From the NCBI RefSeq assembly GCF_004010195.1, contig NC_057720.1, forward strand, positions 2,503,002-2,566,484: a DNA stretch of 63,483 bases. The letters run 5' to 3'. The notes beneath the pieces are model-generated. The model was not told the origin of the DNA and ran no database searches. It was given only the letters and a program-made list of their open reading frames with translations. Positions 11,490-23,685 of this stretch are shown piece by piece. This DNA is from Chiloscyllium plagiosum (Eukaryota). A program made the position numbers and the translations under genes. Every line of letters begins with the position of its first letter. Within the stretch, counting starts at the first letter, position 1.

Positions 11490-12390
11490 CCCACTAATTT
11501 TCGTCATTTGAGTAAATGATTTGGATGTGAATATAGGAGGTGTGGTTAGTAAGTTTTCAAATGACATCTAAATTGGAGGTATAGTGGACAGTGAGGGAGG
11601 TTACCTCAGAGTGTGACTGGACCTTGATCAGATGGGCCATTGGGCCAAGGAGTGGTAGATGGAGTTTAATTTAGATAAATGCGAGATGTTGCATTCTATA
11701 AAGACAAATCAGGGCAGGACTTATACACTTACTGTTGGGTCCTGGAGAGTGTTGCTGAACAAAGAGACCTTGGAGTGCAGGTTCATAGTTCCTTGAAAGT
11801 GGAGACACAGTTAGACAAGGTGGTGAGGAAGGCGTTTGGTGTGGTTGCCTTCATTGGTCATAACATTGAGTATAGGAGTTAGGAGGTCATGTTGAAGCTG
11901 TACAGGACATTGGTTAGGCCACTTTTAGAATACTACATTAAATTCTGATCCCCCTGGTATAGGAAAGAAGTTGTTAAACTTGAAAATGTTCATAAAAGAT
12001 TTACAAAGATGTTGCTGGGTTTAAAGGATTTGAGTTACAGGGAGAGCCTGAATATGCTGGGACTGGAGAGTCGGAGGCTGAGGGGTGACCTTATAGAGGT
12101 TTATAAAATCATGAGGGGCATAGATAGAGTGAATAGCCAAGGTCTTTTTCCCAGAGTAGGGGGAGTCCAAAACTAGAGGGCATGGTTTACAGTGAGAGGG
12201 GAAAGATTTAAACAAGACCTAAGAGGTGACTTTTTCATGCAGAGCGTGGTGGTGTATGGAATGAGCCACCAGGAGAAGTGGTGGAGGCTGATGAAATTTA
12301 CAAGGCGCCTAGATGTATTTAAATAGAAAGAGGTTAGAGAGATATGGGTCAAATGCTGGTAAATGGAACCTGTCCATTTCTCTATGTCTC
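11490..12390 (+). mobile_element. HER1/CR1 LINE RT 3' fragment
   Basis: VSKFSNDI.IGG (F[A]DD), EQRDLGVQVHSSLKVETQLDKVVRKAFG, RRLRGDLIEVYKIMRG. Confidence 0.9.
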
Positions 12391-12559
12391 TTGCTGTAAA
12401 TTGGAGGAATAGGACTGTTTTAGAAATGTAAAATTAGTACCATTTAATTTTCTGTATTTTGATTGCAGACTAAAATGGAAAAAAAATCACGGTTTTAAAA
12501 CCAAGTGGAAGGAATTGCTGCACTTTTTAAACAAGTTACTGAATTCATCGTGTGTGCCA

Positions 12560-13284
12560 TGATGTGAAGGTGCCGATGTTGGACTGGGGTGGACAAAGTT
12601 AAAAATCACACATCACCAGGTTATAGTCCAACAGGTTGATTTGGAAGCACTAGCTTTCGGAGCGCTGCTCCGTCATCAGGTGGTTGTGGAGTATAAGATC
12701 ATAAGACACAGAATTTATAGCAAAAGATTACAGTGTCATGCAACTGAAATGATATATTGAACTAACCTGGATTGTTAAATCTTTCATCTTTTAGAATGGG
12801 TTGCAGGTTTTGGTTCATTAATATCACCTTTTCAAGATAACTTAAGATTTTATAACAAAAGGTGACATCTTAGCTCAGACAAAGCGGGCAGTCAATCCAT
12901 TTAATATCTAATAAATTCCACTTTGGAAATAGAACCATTCTGACTCAAGATTGTACTACAGACAAACTCTGACCTCACACCTTTAATACATTGTTTGAGT
13001 TGAGATGTTAAACCTTAAGTTATCAAGAAACTGTGACTTAAAAGAAGTTCTGGGATTTACATATTATTAAAGCAAAAACTGCAATCCATTCTAAAAGATG
13101 AAACACTTAACAATCTAAGTTTGTTCAATATATGGTATCAGTTGCATGACACTGTAATCTTTTGCTATCAGTTCTGCTTCTTACCATCTTATGCTCCACA
13201 ATCACCTGATAAAAAAGCAGCACTCTGAAAACTAGTGCTTCCAAATAAACCTGTTGGACTTTAACCTGAAGTGATTTTTAACTT
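12560..13284. mobile_element. PLE family B, two pseudo-LTRs in inverted orientation
   Basis: 12597-12885 is the reverse complement of the 3' part of 12886-13284; both are homologous to 26740-27150. Confidence 0.85.
12648..12682 (-). ncRNA. Minimal hammerhead ribozyme (family B)
   Basis: Minus strand CAC-CTGATGA-C-GGAG-cagcg-CTCC-GAAA-GCTA-GTG: stem I CAC/GTG, stem II GGAG/CTCC, palindromic AGCT stem III. Confidence 0.75.
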
Positions 13285-13904
13285 TATCATTGTGTATGGT
13301 ATTTACATACTGTTTAGTTCAAGCAATGGGAAAGATGGTTGTAGATGGTTCAGCACTGGGGTGTGCACAGGGTGAGATCTGGCCAGAAATAAGTAATTTA
13401 TTGTTTTTTATAATTGGGACCAGTTATGAATGCGAAAGGCCATTAACCTCATGACAAGTGTCTGACTTGTTCCTGGGCAGCAGAATAGCTTGTGAGAGTG
13501 AACAATAGAGGGAGAAGCATTTGGAAGGGCAGGTGTTTTGTCTATCTCTCTCTTTAGAGTTAAAATGTGAAGAAAACCAGTAACTTACTCCCACCAGTTG
13601 CATAAGCCATTATCTTTAACCAGTAAGTAAGAGTCTTTGAAGTTTGTCTTCCCATCACTCAGTGCCTCCTGTGGAGAAGTGACAGAAACTGGAGAAAGGA
13701 GATTGAAGAACAAAATGCCCTGGCAGGCCAAAAGGAATACCACAATGAATGTAGAAGATTGGTACTATTGAACTGTGTTTCTCAGTTTTTCCCTCCATCC
13801 ATTGCACCAATTTTTCTCTTGGTTTGTCAGTGTCTGTCTATGCGTTTATGGGGGGGGGTTTAAAAAGGGGCTTAGCGTTTTAACAAGTACAGCTGTATGT
13901 TTAA

Positions 13905-14204
13905 GATTAGATTCCCTACAGTGTGGAAACAGGTCCTACAGTGTGGAAACATGCCCAACTAGTCCACACCGACCCTCCAAAGAGTAACACATCCAGACCC
14001 ATTTCCCCTCTGACTAATGTACCTAACACTATGGGCAATTTAGCATGGCTAATTCACCTGGCTTGCACATCTTTGGACTGTGGGAGGAAACCCACGCAGA
14101 CACGGGGAGAGTGTGCAAACTCCACACAGTTACCTGAGGCTGGAATCGAACCTGGGACCCTGGTGCTGTGAGGCAGCAGTGCTAACCACTGAGCCATCAT
14201 GCCG
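13905..14204 (-). mobile_element. HE1 SINE
   Basis: HE1 head, V domain and (AATCT)n tail in reverse; small tandem duplication cctacagtgtggaaaca. Confidence 0.9.
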
Positions 14205-14356
14205 TTGTGTTGATAGCTCATAGCTGCTTACTTTGGATTAGAATATACTCATTTGTAATAAAAAATTATTCTTATTGAGTATAAGAATTGGCCTTTTTCT
14301 GTTAACTTGATTCCAACAGACAGGTAAATCAGAGACGCTTCACAGGAGGCTCCCAA

Positions 14357-14396
14357 GCACTGAGGATGTCACCTAGACAGGAGACGAAACGTCGCA
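14357..14396 (+). ncRNA. Hammerhead ribozyme, left repeat
   Basis: GCA-CTGAGGA-T-GTCaCCT-agac-AGGaGAC-GAAA-CGTC-gc; the 3' stem I strand lacks the T. Confidence 0.65.
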
Positions 14397-14467
14397 AACA
14401 CAAATTCCCAGCTCGGTGAACAGAACCACAACAACAAGCACCTGAGCTACAAATCTTCTCACAAACT

Positions 14468-15508
14468 TTGAACACCTATGGGCGACAGACGCTAAGACAA
14501 GCCAGGAAATGGGAATCCTGTGCCAACCGACTAAGCGCCACATACGAACAACTCCGGTTCCTGCATGAATGCCAAAAGAATCGAATCCTTCCACCATGTG
14601 TCAGATACAGACCACCAGTCAACAACCCACAGGCCAGAGACACAGCCAGACAGAATGGATTCAGGATGATCCAGGTAATGATTACAGACGCACACAACAG
14701 ACAAGACATTGTGCACCAAAAATCGTTAATTTCAAAAGCCACCAGTCAGGAATGGACCTGGACCATAGAACAGGCCGTTACCATAGGACAGAACAGGACA
14801 ACACACCGCAAAAAAACGGCACTAAAAGAAAAAGTGGCCAAACTAACACACAACAAAGAGGACACCACAACACACACCTGGGTTAAAAACCTCTCCCAAA
14901 GACAGCTCACAGACACGGAAAGAACAATACTGGCCAAGGGACTCAACTACAACCACAGGGACGCCAAGACAGCAGACTTCCTAGCAGCACTAGAATGCAC
15001 ACTCAGGAACAATGGACTGACAGAAGAGACACAACAAACAGTGAGACGAAGTATCGTACCTCTGATAACAAGGAAAAGACAAACACATAACCTCAATACC
15101 AAGGAGAGGGAAGCACTAAAATCACTAAGAAACGATAAGAACATAATCATACTACCAGCAGACAAAGGCAGAATGACGGTCATCCTGGACAAAGCAGAGT
15201 ACATCCAAAAAATGCAACAACTACTTGCAGATACCAACACCTATCAAAAGAGGGAGTTTGACCCCACCCCACAGCTCACCAATAGGATAAACAACACACT
15301 GAGGAACCTACAAAAAAACGGACAGATAACCAGGTCTGACCTACAGAGAATGAAACCTGAAAGCAACAACACCCCCAGATTCTATGGACTACCTAAAGTG
15401 CACAAACCAGACATCCCACTCAGGCCCACAGTATCACTACCAGGGACACCATCACACAAACTGGCAAGGCTTCACAGGAGGCTCCCAAGCCCTGAGGATG
15501 TCACCTAG
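14468..15508 (+). CDS. PLE polyprotein N-terminal part (346 aa), truncated at the start of RT; no catalytic DD or GIY-YIG
   Basis: PLE motifs WVKNLSQRQLTDTERTILAKGLNY, ILPADKGRMTVILDKAEY, PRFYGLPKVHKPDIPLRP; the listed start is TTG; the stop lies inside the second hammerhead. Confidence 0.88.
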   Translation: MNTYGRQTLRQARKWESCANRLSATYEQLRFLHECQKNRILPPCVRYRPPVNNPQARDTARQNGFRMIQVMITDAHNRQDIVHQKSLISKATSQEWTWTIEQAVTIGQNRTTHRKKTALKEKVAKLTHNKEDTTTHTWVKNLSQRQLTDTERTILAKGLNYNHRDAKTADFLAALECTLRNNGLTEETQQTVRRSIVPLITRKRQTHNLNTKEREALKSLRNDKNIIILPADKGRMTVILDKAEYIQKMQQLLADTNTYQKREFDPTPQLTNRINNTLRNLQKNGQITRSDLQRMKPESNNTPRFYGLPKVHKPDIPLRPTVSLPGTPSHKLARLHRRLPSPEDVT

Positions 15509-15528
15509 ACAGGGGACGAAACGTCTGC
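15489..15528 (+). ncRNA. Hammerhead ribozyme, right repeat
   Basis: GCC-CTGAGGA-T-GTCaCCT-agac-AGGgGAC-GAAA-CGTC-TGC. Confidence 0.7.
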
Positions 15529-15964
15529 AACACAAATTCCCAGCTCGGTGAACAGAACCACAACAACAAGAACCCGAGCTACAAATCTTCTCACAAACTT
15601 TGCAGAGACTCTGTGTGCTCTGATTAAATCATTAACTTTTGTGGTGAACCTAGGACTAGTGAGGCAGTCCTTCTTAAATGCTTAGCCATTCTGGGCTCAC
15701 TCCACAAGGGTTCATTCTCCTCTGCGTTGGGCTCGATCTCGCTGCAGTTGATGCTGCTGCAGATTCTGGGAGACTTCGGGCTGTTTACTCCCTCCTGCTC
15801 GCTCACTGTCTCCTGTGATGGTTTGATTTCTCCACGGAAGCTAAGTAGATTAAAGTAAGAAAAAAAGAACTGTGAAGGAAGAAAATAAAGAAAAAGCAGG
15901 TGGAGCAGAGGAACTCCGGACTGGAGCCCATAAACTGTGCGGCTACTGCGCCATCATCAAATAG

Positions 15965-18090
15965 CAAAATGTAAGGTAACTAGCTTGGAATATAAATGTA
16001 CAAGAGATTTTACTAGTATATTAACAAGAACAGAGTAACTAAAAGAAACAGTGTCACTTGGAGACAGAGAACGGGGGACAATGATAAAGACATTGAATAA
16101 ATGCATTTGTTGTCAGAGTGTAAGACACAAGTTTCACAGATATGGAAGGTAACTTAAAGACTTATAAGAAGAAGAAAATGAAGTTAATTAGTGCCATCAG
16201 AGACATCCTGTTTGACAAAAGTTAAGAGTTTTTTTTGAGGATGTAATTAGCTAAGTAGGCAAACAGGAACTAGTAGGTGCATTATATTTGGAATTACAAA
16301 AGACAATATGCCATACAGAAGATTAATACACATGAAGTTGGGGCGGTCTATTAGAATAGATAAAAGTCTAATGAGTAAAATTGAGTAAAAATGAGTAAAA
16401 TTCAACAAATCCTTGGGTTTTGTGGCTATATCCTTGGGTTCTGAAATAGGCACCTGCGCAGGATGAGGGTACAGTAACCATGATTTTGCAAAACTCTCTG
16501 GGTTCTGGAATGGTCCCAGAAGATAGGGAGTTAACAAATGTAACATCAATATTTAAAAAATCAGGGAGAAGGAAAGGATGGAATTACAATGAAGCCAAAC
16601 TTCAGTAATTGGAAAGTGATAGGATCTATTATTAATGATGTCTTACCATGTTACTTAGCAAACTGCAGTATGATTTAAACAAGTACAATCCTGTTTGACA
16701 AAAGTTAAGAGTTTTTTTTGAGGATGTAATTAGCTAAGTAGGCAAACAGGAACCAGTAGGTGCATTATATTTGGAATTACTAAAGACAATATGCCACACA
16801 GAAGATTAATACACATGAAGTTGGGGCAGTCTATTAGTATAGATAAAAGAATAAAGTTGCTGTAGTCCTACAGACCATTGGCTGCCATCGCATTAGAGAG
16901 AGAAAGGTGGTGATTTAACCTGAAGGTCACTATATCTCAGGTGAGGGGACATGTTGAGAATAGGGATAAATGGAGCATTTTCAAGTTAGCAGGCTGTGGC
17001 GTCATCTGTATGGGTATATGAGGTGGAAGGTTTTGGAGGGATATGGGCCGGGTGCTGGCTGGTGGGACTAGATTGGGTTGGGATATCTGGTCGGCATGGA
17101 CGGGTTTGACCAAAAGGTCTGTTTCCATGCTGTACATCTGTTTGACTCCATTACCCTATGACTAGAGGAACCTAGGGGCCTCAGCTATTTATCGTCTATA
17201 TTTAAGACCTAGGCAATGAGACAGAATGAAATATTGGTGATAATATAAAGCTTAGAGGGACTGTAAGCTGTCAGAAGGACGCAAAGAGGCTGAGAGGCAC
17301 AAAGAGATATAGATAGAATAATTAAGTGGACAACTGTAATGTAGAGGAGAGTAAAGTTATTTACTTTGCCCAAAAAATAAAGACAAAATATCTTTTAGTT
17401 GTAATAATTGTACAGAACTTTGGTGAGACCATGCTTGGAATAATGCGTGCAGTCAGGTCTCCAAATTTCAAGAAACTTGCATCAAGGTAGTAAGCAAAGG
17501 TTCATGAGTGTGGTATCTGGCAGAAGAATTTGTCCTATGATAAGAACATAAGAGCTAGGGGGAGCAGCAGGCCATTCAGCCCCTCAAGCCTGCTCCACTT
17601 TCCTGCCCACTCTCCATAACCCTTCAATCCATGACTAATTATAAATCCGTCTATCTCCTCATTCAACATATTCAGTATGTATTCAGTGATGAAAGCTGAG
17701 TAACTTGTGTAAATATTCTCTGGAGTTCAGAAGAGTGCAAAGTGATCTTATTGAAACATTCAAGATTATTGAGGGAGATGACTGGGTAGGTACTAAAACA
17801 TTGTTTCCCTTGGCTAAGGAATCAAGACCACAGAGACACAATCTCCGAATAAGGGGCTGATCATGTGAGACTGGGATGATGATATATTTTTTCACTCAAA
17901 AGCTTATGAATCTTCCTAATTCCCACTGACGAAGGACTGTGGATGTGCCACCATACTCAATGCTGAGAGGGATGGATTTTTGGTCTCAGGGAATCGAGGA
18001 ATGTATGGCGAGATGGAAGAGTGGAGTTGAGGCTTTAGAATATTGAGATTGGATTTGAATAATGGAATAGGCTAAGTGGGCTGAATAGTC
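15965..18090 (+). mobile_element. Heavily decayed CR1 LINE ORF2 with nested fragments
   Basis: tctggaatggtcccagaagat...acaaatgtaacatcaatatttaaaaaa (NVTPLFKKG), SCLT..FFEDV and gtgatcttattgaaacattcaagatt motifs. Confidence 0.65.
16205..16849 (+). repeat. 162-bp non-tandem direct duplication
   Basis: 16205-16366 is nearly identical to 16688-16849. Confidence 0.9.
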
Positions 18091-18194
18091 TATTCCAACC
18101 TTATCAAAGTCCTTATTTTATGTAGTTATAAAAGAAACCTTCAATCTCAGTTTTAAAATTTACAACTAATCAACATCAGTTGCCATTTGCAAAA

Positions 18195-18525
18195 TAGAAT
18201 CCCTATAGTGTGAAAGCAGGCCAGTTGGCCCATGGAGTCCACACTGACCCTCCAAAGAACATCCCACCCACGCTCACCTCATATTTCCCATGGCTAATTC
18301 ACCTAGCCTGCACATTCCTGGACACTGTGGGCAATTTAATATGGCCAAACCACCTAACCTACACATCATTGGACTTTGGGAGGAAACTGGAGCACCCAGA
18401 AGAAACCCATACTGACACAGGGAGAATGTGCAATCACCAGACAGGCAGTTGCCCGAGGCTGGGAATGAACGCGGGTCCTGGTGCTGTGAGGTAGTAGTGC
18501 TAACCACTGAGCCACCATGTCACCC
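18195..18525 (-). mobile_element. HE1 SINE, older subfamily
   Basis: gctaaccactgagccacc head, V domain, tail. Confidence 0.85.
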
Positions 18526-19429
18526 AATAGAGTGCTCAATGTTTATTACTTTTTACATGAAGAGGTGCATCCTAATTTCACTCCAGGAAATCTTGCAATA
18601 ATGTTTGACTATGTCTCTGAGTCCTTCAACTCCTACTCAGCAGAAACAGCCTCTCCCGATCAACCCTAAAGGTCCCCGCTAATATCTTGAAAGTTTCAAT
18701 CAAATCACCCTCTAGATCTTAGCAGTAAACCCTGGACTGTAATATTTAATCTCTCCTCCCCTCCAGTGTGGAACTGAGGCAAATTATCACAATTAACCAT
18801 CAACTTGTTTGCAATGACTCAAAAAAAAAGAAAGATATTCAATCTGAACAAACTACCCATTATGAAATATTTTTGAAAATGTTAAGCAATAGGTATAGGA
18901 AGAAAGAACATAGTTATATAACTCGAGGTGAAAAGATTTGAAATTATTGGTTCAGATCTTCTTTCATTTTCCTCTCTGCTTCTGAAGGTATCGTGAATGA
19001 AAATAGATACATATTTGCTAAATGTATGTTTCAAGATAATTTGCAGATTTTGCTTTGTTCTTAATTATTTCAACCTTAAAGACATGTTTTAATATAACAG
19101 CTGGAATTCTCTATTTAGTAGCCAAAATGTTACATCTGCTGTTAATACCAGTTATTCCTTTGTATTAAAAATTGCACATTTTGGCACCAACACTATAACG
19201 TACATCTGTGCCTGTCTTCTAACTTACAAGAAGTCCCATTCGCCCATTACCTTTGTGTTCACTGACCTTCTTGTCTGATCCACAGTGATTTATAAACAGT
19301 ACTCAAAATATAGATCATTCTATACAATGAACTTATGATTCACTGATTACATACAGTATGAGTAATATTTCTCCAATGCACTCACGCTATCCATCTCACA
19401 GCCCAGCCTGGCAGTATCATGATTTTTAA

Positions 19430-19592
19430 CAAAAGCAAAATCATGCAGATTCTGGAAATCTGAAATAAAAACAAAGCAAACAGAAAGTGCTGGAGAAACT
19501 CAACAAGTTCCAAAGAGGAGATAGATTTGACCTGAAACAGTAGCTCCCATCTCTCTCCATTGGTTGGTGCCAGAACTGCTGAGTAATCCCAG
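19430..19592. mobile_element. Old PLE family C fold-back fragment
   Basis: gcagattctggaaatctgaaataaaaac...ctggagaaactcaac (minus) joined to gacctgaaacag...ctctctcca..gccagaactgctgag (plus). Confidence 0.55.
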
Positions 19593-21424
19593 TTCAACAA
19601 TGTTCAACATGTTTCCATGAGACATGGCATAACAATATTGCCATTGGGCACACAGTCGAGAACTCCAGGCCAAAGCTCTGGGGATGTGGGTTTGAGATTG
19701 TGAAATTTGCATTCAATAAAATCTGCAATTAGAAAAGCTAACCATCTAAAGCTGTGTTCAAATCCCATCTTTAAGGAAGGAAATTTGTCTCCTTACCTGG
19801 TCTGTCCTACGTGCGACTCCAGACCCACAGCAATGGGGTTTGGACTGCAGCAGATCTAAATTGGAGAACGTCAAGGAATATGTTGTCTTACTGCTTTTTG
19901 CTTTCATGTTTGAAGATTTCATTGGATACTTCTAGAAAAAACAGACTTTCCATTGTCATCAGGGAACTGCCTTACTCATTCAGTTTGTAGATCACCCCAT
20001 TCAGATCTCTTCTGTTCAGACCTTTGTCCCCTTTCATGTCTGTAGATTCTTTAATATCCAGGTAAAAGAGTGCTGCAATCAAACACACATCCATGTTGCC
20101 TTTTCCATGTTAAAATACAGGATTCCAATCATCCTTTGAAGTTTCAGTTTGCTTTCCAGAACTTTAATACACCCTCATAGTTCTGAAATAACAGCATTCA
20201 CTAGATATAAACCGTTTACAGTTTACTGCACTGTCTCTCTCGTTTCCATGTTAACCTGGAACTTTGCTGCTGTTTTCTGTTTTGACTTCATTAAGTTAGG
20301 ATCTGCAGACAGGTTCAAAGCAGACAGAGTCAATTTGTTTGTATTTGACTTTAACCTCTTGTAGTCAAGTTGTTATTGCCTCTTTCATGTTAGAAGTTGA
20401 AACGTTTGTGTTTCTGGACGCGATCTTAGTTGAAATAATTATTTCTACAGCATGTTGTTTCATTGTCAATTTCAGCAACTTGCTCTTCTATCTCAGGGGA
20501 TGGCAACACAACACTTCATCATCCCATTCCAGATCATTTTCCAGCATGAAATTGACAGAAGTAATAGACGTTACAGACAGTACTCTGAAGGTGCAGAATT
20601 TGGCTTTAAAGTGTTAGGACCAGCAGCTAGAATGCCAAAGCATCACACACAACCATTGCCTTACAAGAGAGCTCGAATTGTGCAATGAGCTCAGCTAAAA
20701 CATATATAAACTTACAAATGGACAGTCATTCAAAGTCACCCGTTATATCCTATATTCTAAACAAATAGCCAGAGAGGATGCGGTTGGAGCGGGGCAGGAG
20801 GGATGAATCATAGGCATTCCAACAGCACAAACAATTACACAAGGTAACCTCAGTAAGGAATGGGGAAAGCCACTGTCACACAGCCAGAAAGCTCCAAAAA
20901 CCATCCATATACCCTCTTAAACCTTTTATGCAAAACAAACACAGATTCTTTGAGACTTACAGATCCCTGTAATGCAATTACTAGAATATAATTGTACAGT
21001 AACACAATTAACAGCCCACCGGAAGCTATTGTGTTGTGGCATTTGTCTACCTGATGCTGTTAATTATCATTAATAATAAAACAGATATAAAATTTACCCA
21101 TTTTAAACCTGGGTGGAAAAATACCCCTGCAACTCCCAGCACTGGCTTCCCATATGCATTTGGAATAAAATCACTTGAACATTACTTCTGGACTCCAAGT
21201 ATTGAAGTTTTATATCTGAGTTTTCACTCAGATCTTTCAACTCCAATAATAATCGAACAATGACCGAACCACAGTTTAAATATAGTCCTCATAGGGGGAA
21301 AAGGAAGATAATTTCTACCAATGCCTCGTATCAATCCTCTTTCATTCAGGACATTTCCTGGAGAGATATCAGAGCCAATCCCATATCTCTAAGAATAACA
21401 ACCCAAAGTTGCAACACAGGTAAG

Positions 21425-22035
21425 CAGGGTGGTACAGAAGGCATTTAGCATGCTTGCCTTCATTGCTCAAACCATTGAGTACAGAGGTTAGGACATCTCA
21501 TTAAGATTATACAGGACATTGGTGAGGTGACTTTTGGTGTACTATGCACTGTTATTCTTAAAGCATATTATTAAATTGGAGAGAGGTCAGAAAAGATTTA
21601 CCAGGATATTGCCAGAACTGGAGGGTTTGGGTTCTCAGGTGAGACGGGATAGATTGGGACTTTTTTCACTGGTGAGTAGGAGGTTGAGTGACCTTACAGA
21701 GGTTTATAAAATCATGAGGGGCTTAGGTAAGGTGAATAGCAAAGGCTTTTTTTTCCCCTAGGGTGGGAGAGTTCAAAACTATGGAACATATTTCTAAGGT
21801 GAGAGGTGAAAGATTTAAAAGGGTCCTGAGGGGCAACATTTTCACACAGAGGGTCATTTGTATGTTGAATGAATTGTCAGAGGAAGTGCTAGATGCAGAT
21901 AGTTACAATAGTTAAAAGACATTTGGACAGATATATGAATAGGAAACATTTGCCAAATATGGGCAGCGGGAAACTTGGTTGGCATGGACGAGTTCGACTG
22001 AAGAGTCTGTTTCCGTGCTGTATGACTATGACTTT
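21425..22035 (+). mobile_element. HER1/CR1 LINE 3' fragment
   Basis: KLERGQKRFTRILPELEGL..RLGLFSL..EVYKIMRG; (ctatga)n tail. Confidence 0.88.
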
Positions 22036-22448
22036 ATTTGGTCCTTTATGAGATAAAACTGATATTATTTCTCTCGAATGCAAAACCCTCATAATATTTA
22101 ATGCTCTGATACACTCCAATGGTAAATAATTGGATGCAATTGGTTGGTCACCAGTTCCTCCTACTGGTCCAACATTTTCTAGAGAAAGACAAGATGTATT
22201 CGCAATAGGGACTGTTTTATGTTTAACATCCAGTAAACTGCCTTTAAATGGCCTGTTTAATGACAATGAGAGCATATCAGTCTCTTTGAATTATCTTTCC
22301 CTCCCCTACTGACTCTTTCACTATTGTGAGAAGCAGCTGTCCTTTGCACATCTACCATCACCCTTATGGTCACTGATATCCTGTTCATTATCACTTTGCT
22401 TCTTTCTCCAGGTTGTAAGGACTGTGCATTTATACTTTTGCACTTGGT

Positions 22449-22782
22449 GGGCGGCACGGTGGCCCAGTGGTTAGCACTGCTGCCTCACAGCGCCAGAGAC
22501 CCGGGTTCATTTCCCGCCTCAGGCGACTGACTGTGTGGAGTTTGCACATTCTCCCCGTGTCTGCGTGGGTTTCCTCTGGGGGCTCCGGTTTCCTCCCACA
22601 GTCCAAAGATGTGCAGGTCAGGTGAATTGGCCACACTAAATTGCCCGTAATGTTAGGTAAGGGATAAATGTAGGGGTATGGGTGGGTTGCGCTTCAGCAG
22701 GTCGGTGTGGACTTGTTGGGCCGAAGGGCTCGGTGTGGACTTGTTGGGCCGAAGGGCCTGTTTCCACACTGTAATGTAATCT
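22449..22782 (+). mobile_element. HE1 SINE, young and full length
   Basis: gggcggcacggtggcccagtggttagcactgctgcctcacagcgcc...tgtaatgtaatct; internal tandem duplication of tcggtgtggacttgttgggccgaagggc. Confidence 0.92.
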
Positions 22783-22989
22783 TAAAAAAAAACTGAGGAC
22801 CCAAAGAGAAGCAGCTAGTTTAACAAAAAGTGTTTTAAAGGGAAGCTGCAGTTTTGAAAAACATGTAACGTGACACCCATGGGAAGCATTGTAAATAAGT
22901 TTTTGAGCAAACAGTAATTGATGTTTGAGTTGTAACAGTTTGGAGCTGATGGGGCATACAGATACTGCTTTTTCTGATGACAAATTCAT

Positions 22990-23685
22990 TGGTCTAAGGA
23001 CTAGTGACCAGTTATCAATGACAAATAACTGCCAGTAAATGAATGGTTGGTTGTCAGGTAAGTGACCAGCTTAAAGCTGGGAACATGTTACAGACAGAAA
23101 GAGGGAAAGAAATTTCTGTTCCTCGCAGCTCAGGGGCAGTCTTTTTGTTCTCTGCAGTCAAAGCTCACTTCAAACCTGGAGAAAATCAGTTTACTGTTCC
23201 TGAAACAGTTGTTGTAAGCTGTGGCTTTTAACTGATGTGACAACTGATAGGAAAACCAGCCACTTTGTGTCTCTCACCAGCCAGCGAGAGCATCTGGAGA
23301 AAGCTGACTGAAGCAAGGTGCTGGCCAGCAGAAGAGTCATAAAAAATTTCTCAAGAAAGGAATCTGGGATCATTGAACTATCTTCCCCCCAAGTCCACGT
23401 CCCATTTTATCCTGTCTGGATGCATGTGTATGTAATGGCTGATTATAATGGAGATTAGAGTTTAAATGATAGTTTTTTATACTAACAGCTTATAACTCTT
23501 TACCTGAGGCTAGACTCTAATTACTTGTAATAAAGTTATTTTATTTTAGTTTAGAAACCTGGTCTGTACTTTTTATCCAACCTGTAAATCAGATAAATTG
23601 GTGAACTATGCAGACTTTATAAAATCTTTAATTTTTGTGAATGACTGGGTTTGATTTCCAGTGTGCTATCCCATGAGGTATAATA
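22990..23685 (+). mobile_element. Probable decayed solo LTR
   Basis: U3/R/U5-like layout with tgtaataaag polyA signal; loose similarity to 13420-15660. Confidence 0.3.

Larger units (their letters stand above)
14337..15602 (+). mobile_element. Poseidon/Penelope-type PLE: 134-bp repeat, truncated ORF, 134-bp repeat
   Basis: Direct repeats 14337-14470 and 15469-15602 (offset 1132); 7-bp TSD CAGAGAC at 14330-14336 and 15603-15609. Confidence 0.92.
13420..15660 (+). mobile_element. Probable decayed solo LTR hosting HE1 and Poseidon insertions
   Basis: ttgtaataaa...gtaaatcaga...cttttgtg layout resembles 23520-23640; weak similarity only. Confidence 0.35.

Noticed and set aside
14337..15602. LTR retrotransposon or ERV
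   Set aside because: No TG..CA ends, PBS or gag; the protein motifs (ADKG, FYGLPKVHK) are PLE-type
15690..15960. Minus-strand gatggcg-starting CpG-rich segment resembling a LINE 5' UTR
   Set aside because: Cannot be assigned to a family from sequence alone
22449..22520. tRNA-like A/B boxes, here and in other copies
   Set aside because: HE1 SINE heads, continuing into the V domain and LINE tail
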